A DNA stretch of 64,000 nt from Rhizaria sp. SCN 62-66. Lineage: Eukaryota. The DNA lies in assembly GCA_001724265.1 (NCBI GenBank), contig MEDY01000236.1, forward strand, positions 1-64,000. Reading direction: 5' to 3'. The translations under genes were made by a program, and so were the position numbers. The notes under the pieces were generated by a model. The model was not told the DNA's origin. It was given only the letters and a program-made list of their open reading frames with translations, and searched no databases. Below, one piece after another: positions 45,101 to 56,554 of this stretch (position 1 is its first letter; every line of letters begins with the position of its first letter).

Positions 45101-46073
45101 AGGCCGAGGGCCGCGCGCGCCCCGCTGCCGTGGCCGCGGCCGCCGCACTGGCGGCCGTCTGCGCGTTGGTCGCGGCCGCAGTGCCCAGCGCCTTGGCCTT
45201 GAGCCCCGCGGCGAGCGCGGCGAGCGCGGCGGCGGTGTGGGACGCGCCGTCGAGCAGCTCGCCCCAGAAGGCAGTCTTGGCCGCGGCGAGCGCGGGCAGC
45301 GGCAGCGGCAGGTTCAGCCGCGTCCAGCCAGGCACGCGTGCGTCGTCAAAGGGTGCCTTGGTGCGGAGGCGCGCGCGCGTGGCGGCCAGCTCGGCGCTCA
45401 GGGCCGTGCGCACACGCGACAGCGCCGACTGGTGGTGCGTCAGAGTCTCGCGCAGCCGCGTCAGGCGCGCCGCAGCGTCGGCCTCGGAAGCAGTAGACAG
45501 CGCGTTGGTGCGGGCCAGCTCGGCGGAGAGCGCGGCGATCTGCGTCTCGTTGTCGCGGCGCGCAGCGTCGACGGCGGCGAGCTGCGCGGCGAGCGCGTCG
45601 TGCTTGCTCGACACGGCCAGCAGCGCCAGGTGGTTCTCCTCGCGCTCGTCGAACATCTGCAGGTGCACACGCTGGTTCTCCTTAATGTGCATCTCGAGCT
45701 CGGACTTGGCGATGGCCAGCTCTTGGTCCATCTGCTTCTCCTTCTCGCTCGTGCCGCCGCTGAGGAAGGAGCCGACCCAGCCGCCGTTGGCCGCGCCCTC
45801 CTGCGGCTTTGACCGCTGCTGGTCGATGTGCTCGAGCAGGTACCGGCAGCGCTTATCGAGACGGCCGACGTTAAAGGTCAAAGTGTCGATTTCGCTGACC
45901 TTCTTGCGTAGCTCGTCGTTTTTGTTCTGAAGCTCGGACTCGAGGTCGCCGGCGCGCTTCTTCTCCTCAACACACGCCTTCTTCAGCACGTTGTTCTTGG
46001 CCTTGAGCTTTGTGTACTCATCGCCCAGCTTGACGAACTTCTTGCGAAGATCATCCTCGTCAATCGCGCTCAT
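42117..46073 (-). CDS. PPP1R21: PPP1R21/KLRAQ-domain coiled-coil protein (FERRY subunit-like) with Ala-rich expansions
   Basis: N-terminal EYTKLKAKNNVLKKACVEE...EIDTLTF; PFDD...LNLP; C-terminal TALGNYEHVVAEMSEQVA resembling the TTKRSYEDQ domain; TGA stop. Confidence 0.75.
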   Translation of the reverse strand: MSAIDEDDLRKKFVKLGDEYTKLKAKNNVLKKACVEEKKRAGDLESELQNKNDELRKKVSEIDTLTFNVGRLDKRCRYLLEHIDQQRSKPQEGAANGGWVGSFLSGGTSEKEKQMDQELAIAKSELEMHIKENQRVHLQMFDEREENHLALLAVSSKHDALAAQLAAVDAARRDNETQIAALSAELARTNALSTASEADAAARLTRLRETLTHHQSALSRVRTALSAELAATRARLRTKAPFDDARVPGWTRLNLPLPLPALAAAKTAFWGELLDGASHTAAALAALAAGLKAKALGTAAATNAQTAASAAAAATAAGRARPSAFSAAANSGGASAAALSLSPDAAGSLLDSVVARAVRRTSALAGALAWLRSAGNNNNNNNSKQITVAGAGGAGAGAGAPETENESEALMCAARAAVTAATGDPASDTDLFPHLTLNDDDDDDGDVEHNDGTAASISGSGSGQPASRTPAPAQVLLCLASGALSALAAAAECVHTVCAADAVLYNPGLAVTGAERQAVWRGHKTHLCLALEEAAALFSRAAAAVDTTRALTVANAQRDAARSSSSKTGAASARPLWAGVAGVHVPHLWTPGPRAAACLDLALACALTTAASAAATSASSAGSGGAAGANSTATAAAAAAAGSAAPVSTAAAAALAQLPFAGAPVQCQSVAAALATVTARWAAMATVERSVLLAPQELRRANAAVGTALGNLAAAAAAVATAAGALVATATEAVAAVDAAADAGPPVTAADTAAAVAALTRGTAATSAASSSAVVAARADGARADAAAADGLSLASHASTAALPGSERECAAATAAADDAVADAEADAGAARAASGAVMVDCAAAPATRGWSVRSDLAAFLSAFTPDASAPDASAPNARALPAPVAASAAAAADRAALYTQTTGFLGALRALPAAAAAAAAAATTSASAAGASASTSAHTGSAAATATASAASTVAVAGVPAGADPAAVAALRGAALVRGANANAALAAAVEALASEVTRLQAQLAAAEVAGADARAAAAGGDSARAAVEAEAGTQRARADAAEAHAAAAEARAQRAEAAAADAARARMVAQGQVAALAERAARAERALRLSANSSSGTVVAAVGDVESEVKDMLAELAASAAAVNNSNSTAGSSTKLAGAAAAAAAAVATTAVPRTRSKYSLSFTLKPRIAAHSHAHAHSHAAQALAHASAAEAEAVERDPVAAAEAAARSAGAAFRRALTAAAGRAQRGESAGLLAQVMHAEAGASAAALSAQRMAVALVAAAHTAAGAARERDQLAGAKADLEREMATALGNYEHVVAEMSEQVAALVEQQAHRD

Positions 46074-46893
46074 GGTAGTCGCTGCGCACTCCTTTAGTGC
46101 TCTGGAATGCCTTCTTGGGGCGGAAGATACGAGGGGGGCTACACCGTCATCAAGGAGGAAACAGGCGAGGAAAGAAAGACGCGGGTGAGAGGTATATATA
46201 GGAGTTTGAAAAGGGTTCTTAAAAATATTACATTATTTCAACAGCGTTGTTTCTATTTAACCCGGAGAAATGTTCGTTGTCGGTGTATAGCGGGCTGTAG
46301 ACCGTTGCTGTGTCATCCTACTCGGCTGTCCCATTCTGTTCGCCAGCTAGCCAGCCACAAAAAAAACAGTCACGCCTCCGCGCCATCAAACAACACTGTT
46401 CGCAATGATATCGTTTATGATTAACTTAAACCTACAGTTTTATGGATATAAAATAACTTGAACAATTCCTTTATGCGTATTTAGTTTCTCACGGTGATTG
46501 TCGCTTACTGGTATATCATGCTCAAACATTGGAGACTGGAAATGCTTGCTGTACACAAACTTCAAGACATTACAGTGTCGTGAATATAAGGCAGCTGGAG
46601 ATAACACACCAATTCATATTATATGCGCACTGTTAGGACTATATTTATTGTCGCAAAACGTGTTTTTATTCATCAGCGGTGACTGTGAGCTTCAGACAAC
46701 CGCAAAAATCTAGTGCTGATGTCGTCTTGGATCTGTACTTAAACGAGAACGGAACAACATGTGTACACCGTCAACAGGACAAATGCACTCAAAATCTCGT
46801 TAAAGTCTTTGCAACAGTTTATATTTAGCTCTAAAACTTGTCTTAGATCGAATCTTTTCTTTGATCAATCAAACTGTTTTCCTTGACTCAGGC

Positions 46894-49800
46894 ATGGATC
46901 CAAGCACTGAAGGCGACATCCGTCAGCGCCGTCCTGCCCGCAACGTTTCCGTTTCCCGGGAGCCAGACCGCCGCCCCGCCCCAACAATTTCCCCTAAGCG
47001 TGCCGCTGCTACCCCAGCTTCAGGCAGTGGCGGTGGTACCGGCAGCGGACATAAGACGTCTCGCTGCGGCGACATGTTGCGCAGCCTCTTCTGCCTCCGC
47101 CTCGCCAAGACTCCCTCCGGCGGCTCCGTGCTGCGCATCTCCGCCGGCTGGCCGCTCGCGCTGCTATTGCTTGTTGGCACCGCGCTGTACCTAGTTCCCG
47201 TGCTTATCTGCGCGCCGCAGCCGCTGTTCGAGTCCGGCCCGGCGCCGCCCTCGGTGCTGCAGCAGCTACTCACATCCCCCGCGCTGTCCTGGTCGCTGCC
47301 GTTCCTCCCCGCCTCGCTCGCGCCTCCGCAGGCAACCGCGGAAACCAGGGCTCGGCACGCCGCGTGCACCCGCCTGTCCGGCCGCGGGCTCCCGCTGCCC
47401 GCGTGCTCGCCCGTCTGCGCCACGCTGTACGGCGGCCGCCGCGCCGTGGCCGCGGTTGGAGACGCCGTGTACCGTCTCGCCGCGACCGTGGGGCGCAAAA
47501 CGGGGCTCGACGCGGTCCCCGACGCAATGCGCGCGGCGATTGCGCGCACGCCACCGTGGCCGCTGTTCCGCATCGGGGAGCCCATTGTCGACCTGCTTTA
47601 CACTACGGTAAGCGCAACCACGCAGCTTTCAAGTCAAGCAAACTGACTGTTTAAGTTGTTGGCTTTGAGAGATCTCAACTGTTTCATTTATTCTTTGCTC
47701 AACCAGTCAGTATTATCTTGATTTTGTTATGATATCTTTTTTTAGCTCCACACGCTGATCCCGCCCGACAAACGCCTGCTGATGCACACGATGACATTCA
47801 TGCAGACTGCTGTGATCCGCGCAGTCACGAAGCTCAATGTGGCGGACTATATCCACTCCGAGTACCTCAGCCGCCAGCATGCTGCTATTGCTGCGGCAGA
47901 CGCCAAAACGCAAGCGCGCTACCGGTACGTCTGTAGCAACTGTTTATGACATCCACACTTGTCACCAGTTTTCATAACGCTCACTATTTCATAATTGTCA
48001 CATGTGATATCACCTTCGTTCTTACTCAGTGATCGCGAGTCCGAGTACCACCTGCCTTCGTCCGCGCTTGGCGTTTCCATCTCAAGCATTGCCAAGGCCA
48101 CGTGCTCGTCAGAGTCGCACCTGCGCAGGCTGCTGCGCGCTGCGCAAGTCATTGGTATCTTCGAGGAGATCGAAAATGACGTCTGGAAGGTACGCAAACG
48201 AGTAAACGCGATAAATCAATTGATATGTTTGAGTTAAAATGCTTTTAAATCGTTTATAAAAAAAATCAAGCGTATTTACGACGTTTTTATTGACTATCAT
48301 TATGTTATGTATGATTACAGCAAACCCCAATGTCGGCGCTGCTGCGCGCCGACCACCCGCAGTCGTTCCGCGGCGCGGCGCTGATGGCTGGCGGCGAGCA
48401 GTACGTCGCTATGTCGGCGCTGCACCTCACCGTGCGCTCCGGCTCGCCCGCGTTCTCGGAGATCTACGGCGACTTCTGGCGTTACCACGACCTCGCGCAG
48501 TCCGAGTGGGCGCTGTACGAGGCCCAGCCTGAGGTCAACGGCGCGCCGGGCCGCTGCACGCCCTTCGTGCCGCGCGGGCTCGAGCAGGCAAAGCAGCTGT
48601 CGGACGCCGCGTACGCGCATGCGGGCGCGACTGACGCCAGCAACAAGGCCCCGATGACGATCTTTCCCTACCAGCTCACCTCGCACGCGCCCTCCGCGCC
48701 CGCGACGGCGGCCGCGGCGACCGCGGCCGTGCCCGGCGCGTCCCCGGTCCCGGTCGGTGTCCCGCGGCTAAATAACGTGCGCGAACCGATGATGTTCGCG
48801 TCGCCCGACTTCAACAACGGCATGACGTCAATCGCGGCCACCGAGGCGCCCCTCGTGGCGGCCGACGCGCCCTTCGCCGGCGCGGACGCCGTCGTCGACG
48901 TCGCCGGCGGCCGCGGGCATCTGCTGTTCGAAGTGCTCGCGCGCCACCCGGGCGTGGCAACGGGCGTCGTCTTCGACCTCAAGCGCGTCTACGGCGACGA
49001 GCGCACGCGCGGCGACATGGACGCGCGCGCGCGTAAGCTGTTGACGCAGCGCCTCACCGCGGCGCCCGTGCCGGCGGCGCCCTCGGCCGCGGCCGCCGCA
49101 ACCGCCGCCGCCGTGGCCGTCGCAACCGCGCGCGCCGCGCACTGCCACTGGGACGCATCGCCGGCGCGCGCGGCGGCCGTGGCGGCAAACCTCGCGCCCA
49201 AGGGCAGCGTGGTGACCGCGTACACGCCCGCGTCGCTGGCCCCCGGGTTCACTGCGGCCCGCACCGGCGCGGCCGTGAGCGCGGCGCCGTGCCCCGAGGT
49301 GGTGTTCCGCGAGGGATCCTTCTTCGAGGTGGATACGGTTCCGCGCGCGCACGCCGCCGCGGCGCCCGCGCTGCGCCGCAAGGTCGAGTCTGTGCTGCGC
49401 GCACTCCATGCCCGCGGGGTCGACGTCACCCGGCCGCTGACGCACGCCGCGGCAAGCGCGGGCGCTGAGGGCGACGGGTGGGGGACAGTGGGTGCGGACG
49501 GCGCGGTCGCGGTGACGCATGAGGCGGTGTATGTGCTGATGCAGATCCTGCACGACTGGAACGACTCCGAGAGCGCGATAATCCTCGCCAACCTGCGCGC
49601 GGCAATGACAGCCGCGCCTGCCGCCGGCGTCGCCGAGGCCGAGGTGTGCTGCGGGGTCGGCGCCACGTCCGTCGCGCAGTGTGGCGGGAGCATGGAGCTC
49701 GACCTCGGCGGCGGGGGCGGTGATGAGAGTTCAAGCGACAAGGGCAGCAAGGGCAGCAAGATCGTGCGCGTGCCGTGCCCACGTGTCAAGGCGCAGTACA

Positions 49801-50045
49801 ACTCGCGGCTGCTGGTAATCGACCGGCTGCTGCAGCGCGGCGCTCACCGCAACCTGATCAACACGCAGGGCGCGAACCTGGCCGACTGCCTGATGATGAA
49901 CAACTTCAACGACGCCAAGGAGCGCGACGAGCCCACGATGGCGGCAGTCATGGCCAGGGCCGGGTTCACTATGACGCGCGTGGTGCCGACGCGCTCCATG
50001 TACGTCGCGTTCGAGGGCGAGCCCATCGTGCACAAGACTGCGTAA
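46894..50045 (+). CDS. COMT-type SAM-dependent O-methyltransferase with an N-terminal TM extension; 4 exons (~46894-47607, 47746-47923, 48030-48189, 48321-50045)
   Basis: Dimerisation-domain-like AVTKLNVADYI and LRRLLRA..VIGIFEE; VVDVAGGRG; GVVFDL; EGSFF; MQILHDWND; AKERDE; TAA stop. Confidence 0.8.
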
Positions 50046-50491
50046 TCGCCGCTGTTATCCGTCAGCTTTACTACTACTCCAGCTTCACACCATCAACGGC
50101 TCGTTCTGCACCAAAATCTGGTCTTGTGCGGAGGATATAGAGCTCAGAACACCATCATGATTTGAATAAATACATATCTTGCAAAGTTACCATTCGAACA
50201 CATGCGATGCGCTATTGGAAGACACATTGACTTGGAGTTAAACGAAGATTTGCTTACGAACTGGAGGCGACATTGGTTGTTGAGTGTCTGCGATACTTGA
50301 TTTTCTGAAAAGTAATACGGCACTTCCAGTCGTGCACGTGGTATGCAAGTCTGTGTCCGACTTTTCAATAGAAGCCCAATCCTTTTTTTTTTAATTTTGA
50401 CGTTGGAATGTATTGGTGTGAAGCTACATGCGCTCTTTTGTACAACTCACCACACTTTCGTCAACACTCTCTCTTATCAGCTCCCCCCAGC

Positions 50492-51782
50492 ATGGGCAAC
50501 AAACAGTCTTACAGCACTGACGCGGCCACCGAGTTTTGCAAGGCGCAACTCGTCCTCAAGAATCCCTCTGGTGACGCTGACACCCACTACAACAATGGTA
50601 CGTCTCTTCTTCCTCAGTCACGCCATCAGTCCTCACTACAATTTCCGTTTCACACTTGTTGTTTCTTGCTCAACCGCGCATGATATATGCTTTTCATCCA
50701 TGTCCTTTCCTTTCCCAGCCATCCGCTCGAAGCGCATCGAGGAGCGTATCAAGGGCTTCGACCGCGCGGCGAACGAGTACCGCATGGCAAAACAGTACGC
50801 CCGCGCCGCCGTGTGCTTCCGCCTCGCGGCATACAACTACGACCTGGCCGAGGCCGCGCAAGACTTCGCGGAGAAGCTATGTGAGAGCGTCCGCATGTAC
50901 GTGCGCGACGGCAGCGATGAGAGCGTCACGCAGGCGCTGGCGATGCTCGACGCTGAGGTCGTGCCCGCGCTCGAGGCCTCGAACCTGGGCAAGCTCACCG
51001 ACGCGACCGTGAGCGCCGCCGTCGAAGGCACGCTCGAGGCCTTCTCCGACGGCCGCATTGACGCCGCCGCGTTTGCCAAGCACGTGCCTGTGCTGCAGGA
51101 GCTCGCACCGCCGCGCCAGAAGGCCGCCTTGGCGGCGCGAGTCGTCGAGGTGTATCTCGACCGCAAGGACTACAAGCGCGCGGCGCGCCAGTACAAGGAG
51201 ATGGTGTCGGCGCAGACGCTTGACCTCGACTCGCAGGAGGACGTGCTCATGCAGAGCTATCTGCGCGGCTTCCTCTGTCTCGCCGCTCACCACGCGCACA
51301 AGGACGAGTTCGCCGTACGTTTTTGTTGATAGTGTCTTGACCAATCGAAGACATCGATATCTCACTTAAATATTCACATTGAGATCTATTTTTCAATTCT
51401 AGATTTGAATCAACGATATTTGCTACACTACACTTTTTACCTGGTTATTATGTTTTCCTATTCTTATGAGTCTTTTTATACTTTTCTTTGTCCCATCCTT
51501 TTTCAGGCTCCCGAGTTCGCCGCCGAGGCGATGGGCTCCTCCAAGGCGTGGAAGGCCTCCGGTCTCCGCACCTCTGCCATCGCGCTGTACGACGCGGCGA
51601 CGCGGCTCGACTACAAGGCGTTCGAGGCGGCCGCGGAGACGCTGTCGTTCTCTTGCAACGCGGCCACGGCCGTGGTGCGGCTCATCAACGCCGTGCGCGA
51701 AGGTATGAACGAGGCGCGCGACAAGGGCAAGCAGCCCGTGCTCAAGAGCGAGATGGAGCTCGCCACCGACACGCTTGCGTGA
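50492..51782 (+). CDS. Helical-repeat protein resembling NSF attachment proteins (SNAP-like), with an N-myristoylation-like start; 3 exons
   Basis: MGNKQS start; FDRAANEYRMAKQYARAAVCFRLAA; DYKRAARQYKEM; YLRGFLCLAA. GTACGT donors at about 50598 and 51315; TGA stop. Confidence 0.6.
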
Positions 51783-52079
51783 GCGTGTTTAGATTCACTC
51801 TTCGTTGTGACTGTCACTGCTGCGGCGCACGCGAGTACCGCGTCCACTGCTTAACAAGGGTGGCCATAGCGACTAGTTATGCATGTTGTATTGCTAATCG
51901 TAAAATGAGGGCTAGGAGTATAAGAAAAAAGTTTAATATAGCGGAATAATATTAAGGTACGATTAACTCGTTCACATAAATACAAATTAAAACAAAGCAT
52001 AAGCAAAGAACAAAGCAATCACGGCGATGTAAAACACTGGTCATGCACAATGCAATTAGCGCACCGCTCGCTCCCTCGC

Positions 52080-54120
52080 TCAGTGCGCAGTCGCGTCTTG
52101 CTTTGCGAACCGCGTGCCGACGCCCGCAAAGGCCTGCTTCAGCGAGTCAAAGAGCGCGATGGAGATGGCCGACGCGGGGGCGGCGAAAAGCACGCGCGCG
52201 CCGGCGCCCTTGAAGAGCCCGCGCACGCCCTCGGTGCGCACCAGCTTGCCCAGCCCCTGCAGCGTGGACCGGTAGCCGAAGTCGAAGCCGGGCGGGATCG
52301 AGCCCGCGCCGACGGCGGCGGGCAGCGCCGCGCCCTCCGCCACCACTGCAGCCACAGCAGCAGCAGAGCTCGCAGTCGCAGTGGCAAGGCGGCGCTGCTG
52401 CGCGGCGGCGTTGCGCTGGATCTGAATGCGCAGCTTGACCAGGTCGAGCGGGTTCGTGACCAGGGACGCGAGGCCGCCCGCGAGCGCGCCGGAGCATAGA
52501 AAGAGCCACGCCGGCAGCGGCGCCTCGGCCGCGTCGTCGCCGGCGCGTGTGGACGCGCCATTGGCGCTCGTAGCGGCCGCGTTGGCGCGGTACATCTCAG
52601 CCGCCGTGGCCTTGAACCACTCGTAGGAGGAGAGGTAGAGAGCGCTGAAAGGCCCGAAAGAGGCGAGCGTGGCGCCATAGCCGCGGTAGAGCCCGCGCAG
52701 CCCGTCCTCGCGCGCGATGCGCCGCAGCGCGTCCCACGTGCCGCGGTACTGCAGCGGCTGCGGCGCCGCACTCCCAGTCGCACTGCCCGTCACAACGGCA
52801 GTGCCGCTCGCAGAAGCAGTGGCCGGCGCTGCTGCCGCGGCTGCTGCGGTGACCGCCGGGGGCGCGAGCGACTGGACCTGGAGGCGTTCCTTGACGACGT
52901 CGATGGGGAGCCAGACGACGCACGACACGGCCTCGGCGAGCAGCCCGGCGGTGAAGTTGAGCGCGAAGGGAGCCGCCAGAACAGTGTGCGCCGCGCGCGT
53001 CACCAGCCCGCGGCCCTGCGCGGATGCCGGCTGCTGCTGTTGTTGTACTGCACCGGCAACGCTGTCGTTGTCGTCGCTGTGGCCGTGTGTGAGAGCGCGC
53101 GGGTCGGGGCCGGTGGCGTCACGGACGCGGCCGAGGACGGACTTGGCCAGCTCGTACGAGGTGAAGTATGCAAACCCGCCGGGCGCGGAGCCCAGGAAAA
53201 CGACCCAGAAGCCCGCGTACAGCCCCCGGGGCCCCTCGGTGCGGAGCGTGTGCGTGAACAGCGATGTGATCGTCGGCCGGTGCACCGCCGGCGCAGGCGC
53301 AGGCGCAGTGGTGGCCGCGCTTGTCGTCGCGGTATTGTAGGGGTTAAACGCGGGGATCGAACCGGGGTGGCCGGGGGCGTGGAACGCGGCCGGGTGGCCG
53401 GGGGTGCTGGCGGCGGCGGCGACGGGGGCAGAGGAGATGGCCTGGGTGCAACGAGCAGAGGAGAGCAGTTATATGATTGAGCAGATATAACAGAGAGGTG
53501 AGATGATGATAGGAAGATAGTGAGAGAGAAAAAATAAAAGCTAAAGGTGACATAACATATGGCCCGACATATCAATATAGTTGGCTTCAACAGATACTGA
53601 AGTCAGAGATTGTGGGTGGTTGAGTGTGTAAGCTTACCTGTAGCTTGGCCTTGATGGTGTCCAGCGGGTGGCAGGGGATGCGGGAGATCATGCCGGAGAC
53701 GGAGGACGCCAGCATGACAGGCACCATCTCGGACAGAGGCGGCAACAGCGACGTACTATCGACGCCGTTGCTCTTCGGGTTACTACTCTTGCCGCTGCCG
53801 CTGCTGCCGCCGCTGTCCTGATGGTCATTGCTGCTCGAGCTGGGTTCAGCAGGCGAGGCGCCTGGCACGGGAGCAGCTGCGGAGGCAGAGAGAAACGCGG
53901 GCAGACGAAGGCCGAACGGAGACCACAACAAAGACGAAGATGATGATGTCGACTGTGATGGCGTCGTCTGAGAGTGCGAGCGAGAGTGCGCTTGTGAGGC
54001 CGAGGCCGGGGCCGGCTGGGACGCGGTAGGCATGAGAGTGGAGAGTGGGAGCACGCCAGGCATAAAGCTAAAAATTCCACGGGCCGGGCCAAAGGGCTGC
54101 GCGGCGGTGTCGAACGACAT
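52080..54120 (-). CDS. Mitochondrial carrier family (SLC25) protein; intron at about 53442-53637
   Basis: Three PxDxxKxx motifs (HPLDTIKAKLQ, PIDVVKERLQ, PLDLVKLRIQ) plus EGPRGLYAG, DGLRGLYRG, EGVRGLFKG; TGA stop. Confidence 0.93.
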
Positions 54121-54913
54121 GACGGGTTAGGGAGTCGGCGGAGTGTTCCAGGAAGCCGGATGTTGTTAGGTGGAAGCGGCGTGCCGCAGAGGGCTTTTGG
54201 GGGAGAAGCTATAACAAGATACATGAACATTTTGGTGAGATTATGAAATAAAGAAATATAAAATGCTGCATTATGTAGTCCATACTGCTGCCACAATGGT
54301 ATTGACGGTCGATTTGATATGCAGCAAGATGCCGAAAGATAGCCGCGGGCTTCGAGGCATCGGCTGCAATCGTTTACTTCGGACATTGGTATCGTGACAT
54401 AGTCTTTTGATTAAAGGCTAAATAAGATGTGGTTTACAGTATAATCCCGTAAACCGTGTTTGATCTAGTTATAATGCTTTCGCAGGTTACTTCTTTGTGC
54501 GTCATCTCAGGTTCAGGTCCTCAATAGCACGAGTTACTTCGTCGCTTTCGACTGCCATGTCGCATCCATACAAGCTCTCACTTGCATTACACGAACCAGA
54601 GGACACGTGTCTCAATGTTGAATTGTAGTTTATGTATTCCGACGAACGCCATTGCTAAAATTTAAAGCAACAGCGCAATTCTGAAGCGCGTTTGAGTGCA
54701 GTACAGGAAGGAGGAAGAGAAATGTCACCACATACATTGCACTAATACTATCGTGCAGGTTCGTGTTAAACATGTTGTTTGCTGTAATAAAATAAAAAAC
54801 TGGGGATCATGAAACTAATATACTCTCGATTTAATCAAATAAGTGATAAACTTGACAAACCTGACGGTAGTCACAGCGACATAGCCTTTGTTACGTCCTA
54901 CTACGTCAGTCTC

Positions 54914-56554
54914 TTAATACTCCTCGTCCGCGTCCGCGTCCACGTCCGCGCGGGCAGAGAGAGCGCGCGCGCGAGCCACAGTCCTGGGCGCGGCGGCTTC
55001 CGTGGTCACGGCGCCGACAGCGGAGAGCGCGGCGGCGCGGAGCACTGCGAGCACCTCGGCAGTGGGCTGGTAGTCGATGTCGGTGGTGAGCACCGCGGTG
55101 CCGGCGGCGAGCGTGAGCTGCGTGCCGACCAGCCGCAGCCCGCGCACCGTAGGCAGCGGGAGCCCCGACGCGAAGACCTGGTTGATAAAGGGCACGACGA
55201 CGCCGCTGACGACGGTAGCGATCTCCTTGTCGAGCTTGTCGACCGAGAACTGCCCGATCGCCGTCTCGGCCAGCGAGAGCGATGACGTGAACTTGGCGAT
55301 GTTGAGCTTCAGAAGCGGGTCCGCCGGGTCCGTGGCGTCGAACCACATGTTGGCGGCGCCCGCGAGCGCGACGTGGACCACGAAGGCCGCCTTCCAGCTG
55401 GTGCCGACCTTAGCCTCGGTCTTGAACGACATGAGTCCGCCCATGTCGAGCCCCTTGCTGGAGATTGAGACGTTGAACTCGCGCGCAAAGCTCAGCACGA
55501 TGCGCAGGTCCGCGTCGGGGAACGTCGCTTGCAGCTGCGGCACCATGGTCCAGGCCTTGGAGTTGAAGGCCACAGGCCACAGCGGCGGCGGGTTGGTCCC
55601 GTCGAAGGTGAAGGCAAATGCGCCCGACTTGTGGAGCACGTGCAGCAGCGTCTGCGGGACAAAGCTCGACAGCGAGAGCGCAAGCATGGGCCCCGCGGCC
55701 GGCAGCGACTGCGGCACGCGCGGGACGGCGCCGTCGGACTTGCCCGTCGTGGCCGGGTACATCTCGCCGTTGAAGAGCATGCTCACGGCCGTCTTGGACA
55801 GGATCGGGGCCTCGGTTAGTGACAGATCCAGCACAGCAAGCGGCCCCACGGGCACGCGCAGTAGCATCGACTGCACGATCGTGTCGGCGAAGGCGTTGAC
55901 GGTGCTCACCATGGTCGTCTTGATGGCGTTCTCGAGCGTGGTCTTGATCTTGCCCTTAAAGAGGCGCACGATGAGGTTGTAGAGCCAGGAGAACATCGAC
56001 TCGGCGGTCTTGACGTCGATCGAGTCAATGTCGATAGCGACGTCCTTGACGCGGAACTGCGGCGCGAGCCCCTTGGCGGTCTGCACGGCGCCGACCTCGA
56101 GCGTGGCCGCGAAGTGCGAGCAGGCCAGTGACGCCGTCGCGGAGCCGGAGCCGGAGGGCAGGTGAGGGAAAATGGCCAGGCGGTAGCTCCAGTCCATCTC
56201 AGCCGAAAAGGCCGCGTTGTCGACACCGACGGTGAGCCCCGAGGTGAGGGACACGGACACGCCCGAGGTCTTGGCCGAGGTGACATGGATGTTTGTCACG
56301 CTGTACTCGAACCCGGTTTCGGTGCCCGAGATGCCGTCGAAGGTAAGCTTCGTCAGCGCCTCAAGCGCGGAGGGCACCACGCGGCGCGCGAACTTGTCGA
56401 GGCCGCCGACGTTGAGCGACGCGATCACACCCGGGGCGACGGGGGTGCCCATGTCGGCGGCGTCGCTGCTGCCGGCGTTGATACTGCTGCCGGTGGCGCC
56501 GGCTAAGGCACTCAGGGCAAGCAACAGCAAGCAGAGAGTCTTCTTGATGAGCAT
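54914..56554 (-). CDS. Secreted BPI/LBP/CETP-family lipid-binding protein
   Basis: Signal peptide MLIKKTLCLLLLALSALAG; SLNVGGLDKF; SWLYNLIVRLFKGKIKTTLE; VPFINQVFASGLPLP; TAA stop. Confidence 0.85.
   Translation of the reverse strand: MLIKKTLCLLLLALSALAGATGSSINAGSSDAADMGTPVAPGVIASLNVGGLDKFARRVVPSALEALTKLTFDGISGTETGFEYSVTNIHVTSAKTSGVSVSLTSGLTVGVDNAAFSAEMDWSYRLAIFPHLPSGSGSATASLACSHFAATLEVGAVQTAKGLAPQFRVKDVAIDIDSIDVKTAESMFSWLYNLIVRLFKGKIKTTLENAIKTTMVSTVNAFADTIVQSMLLRVPVGPLAVLDLSLTEAPILSKTAVSMLFNGEMYPATTGKSDGAVPRVPQSLPAAGPMLALSLSSFVPQTLLHVLHKSGAFAFTFDGTNPPPLWPVAFNSKAWTMVPQLQATFPDADLRIVLSFAREFNVSISSKGLDMGGLMSFKTEAKVGTSWKAAFVVHVALAGAANMWFDATDPADPLLKLNIAKFTSSLSLAETAIGQFSVDKLDKEIATVVSGVVVPFINQVFASGLPLPTVRGLRLVGTQLTLAAGTAVLTTDIDYQPTAEVLAVLRAAALSAVGAVTTEAAAPRTVARARALSARADVDADADEEY

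Noticed and set aside
53350-53372. tRNA T-loop-like CCGGTTCGATCCCC on the minus strand (possible suppressor tRNA)
   Set aside because: Lies in a coding exon of the carrier gene with no D-arm or acceptor stem; I found no tRNA gene in the window.
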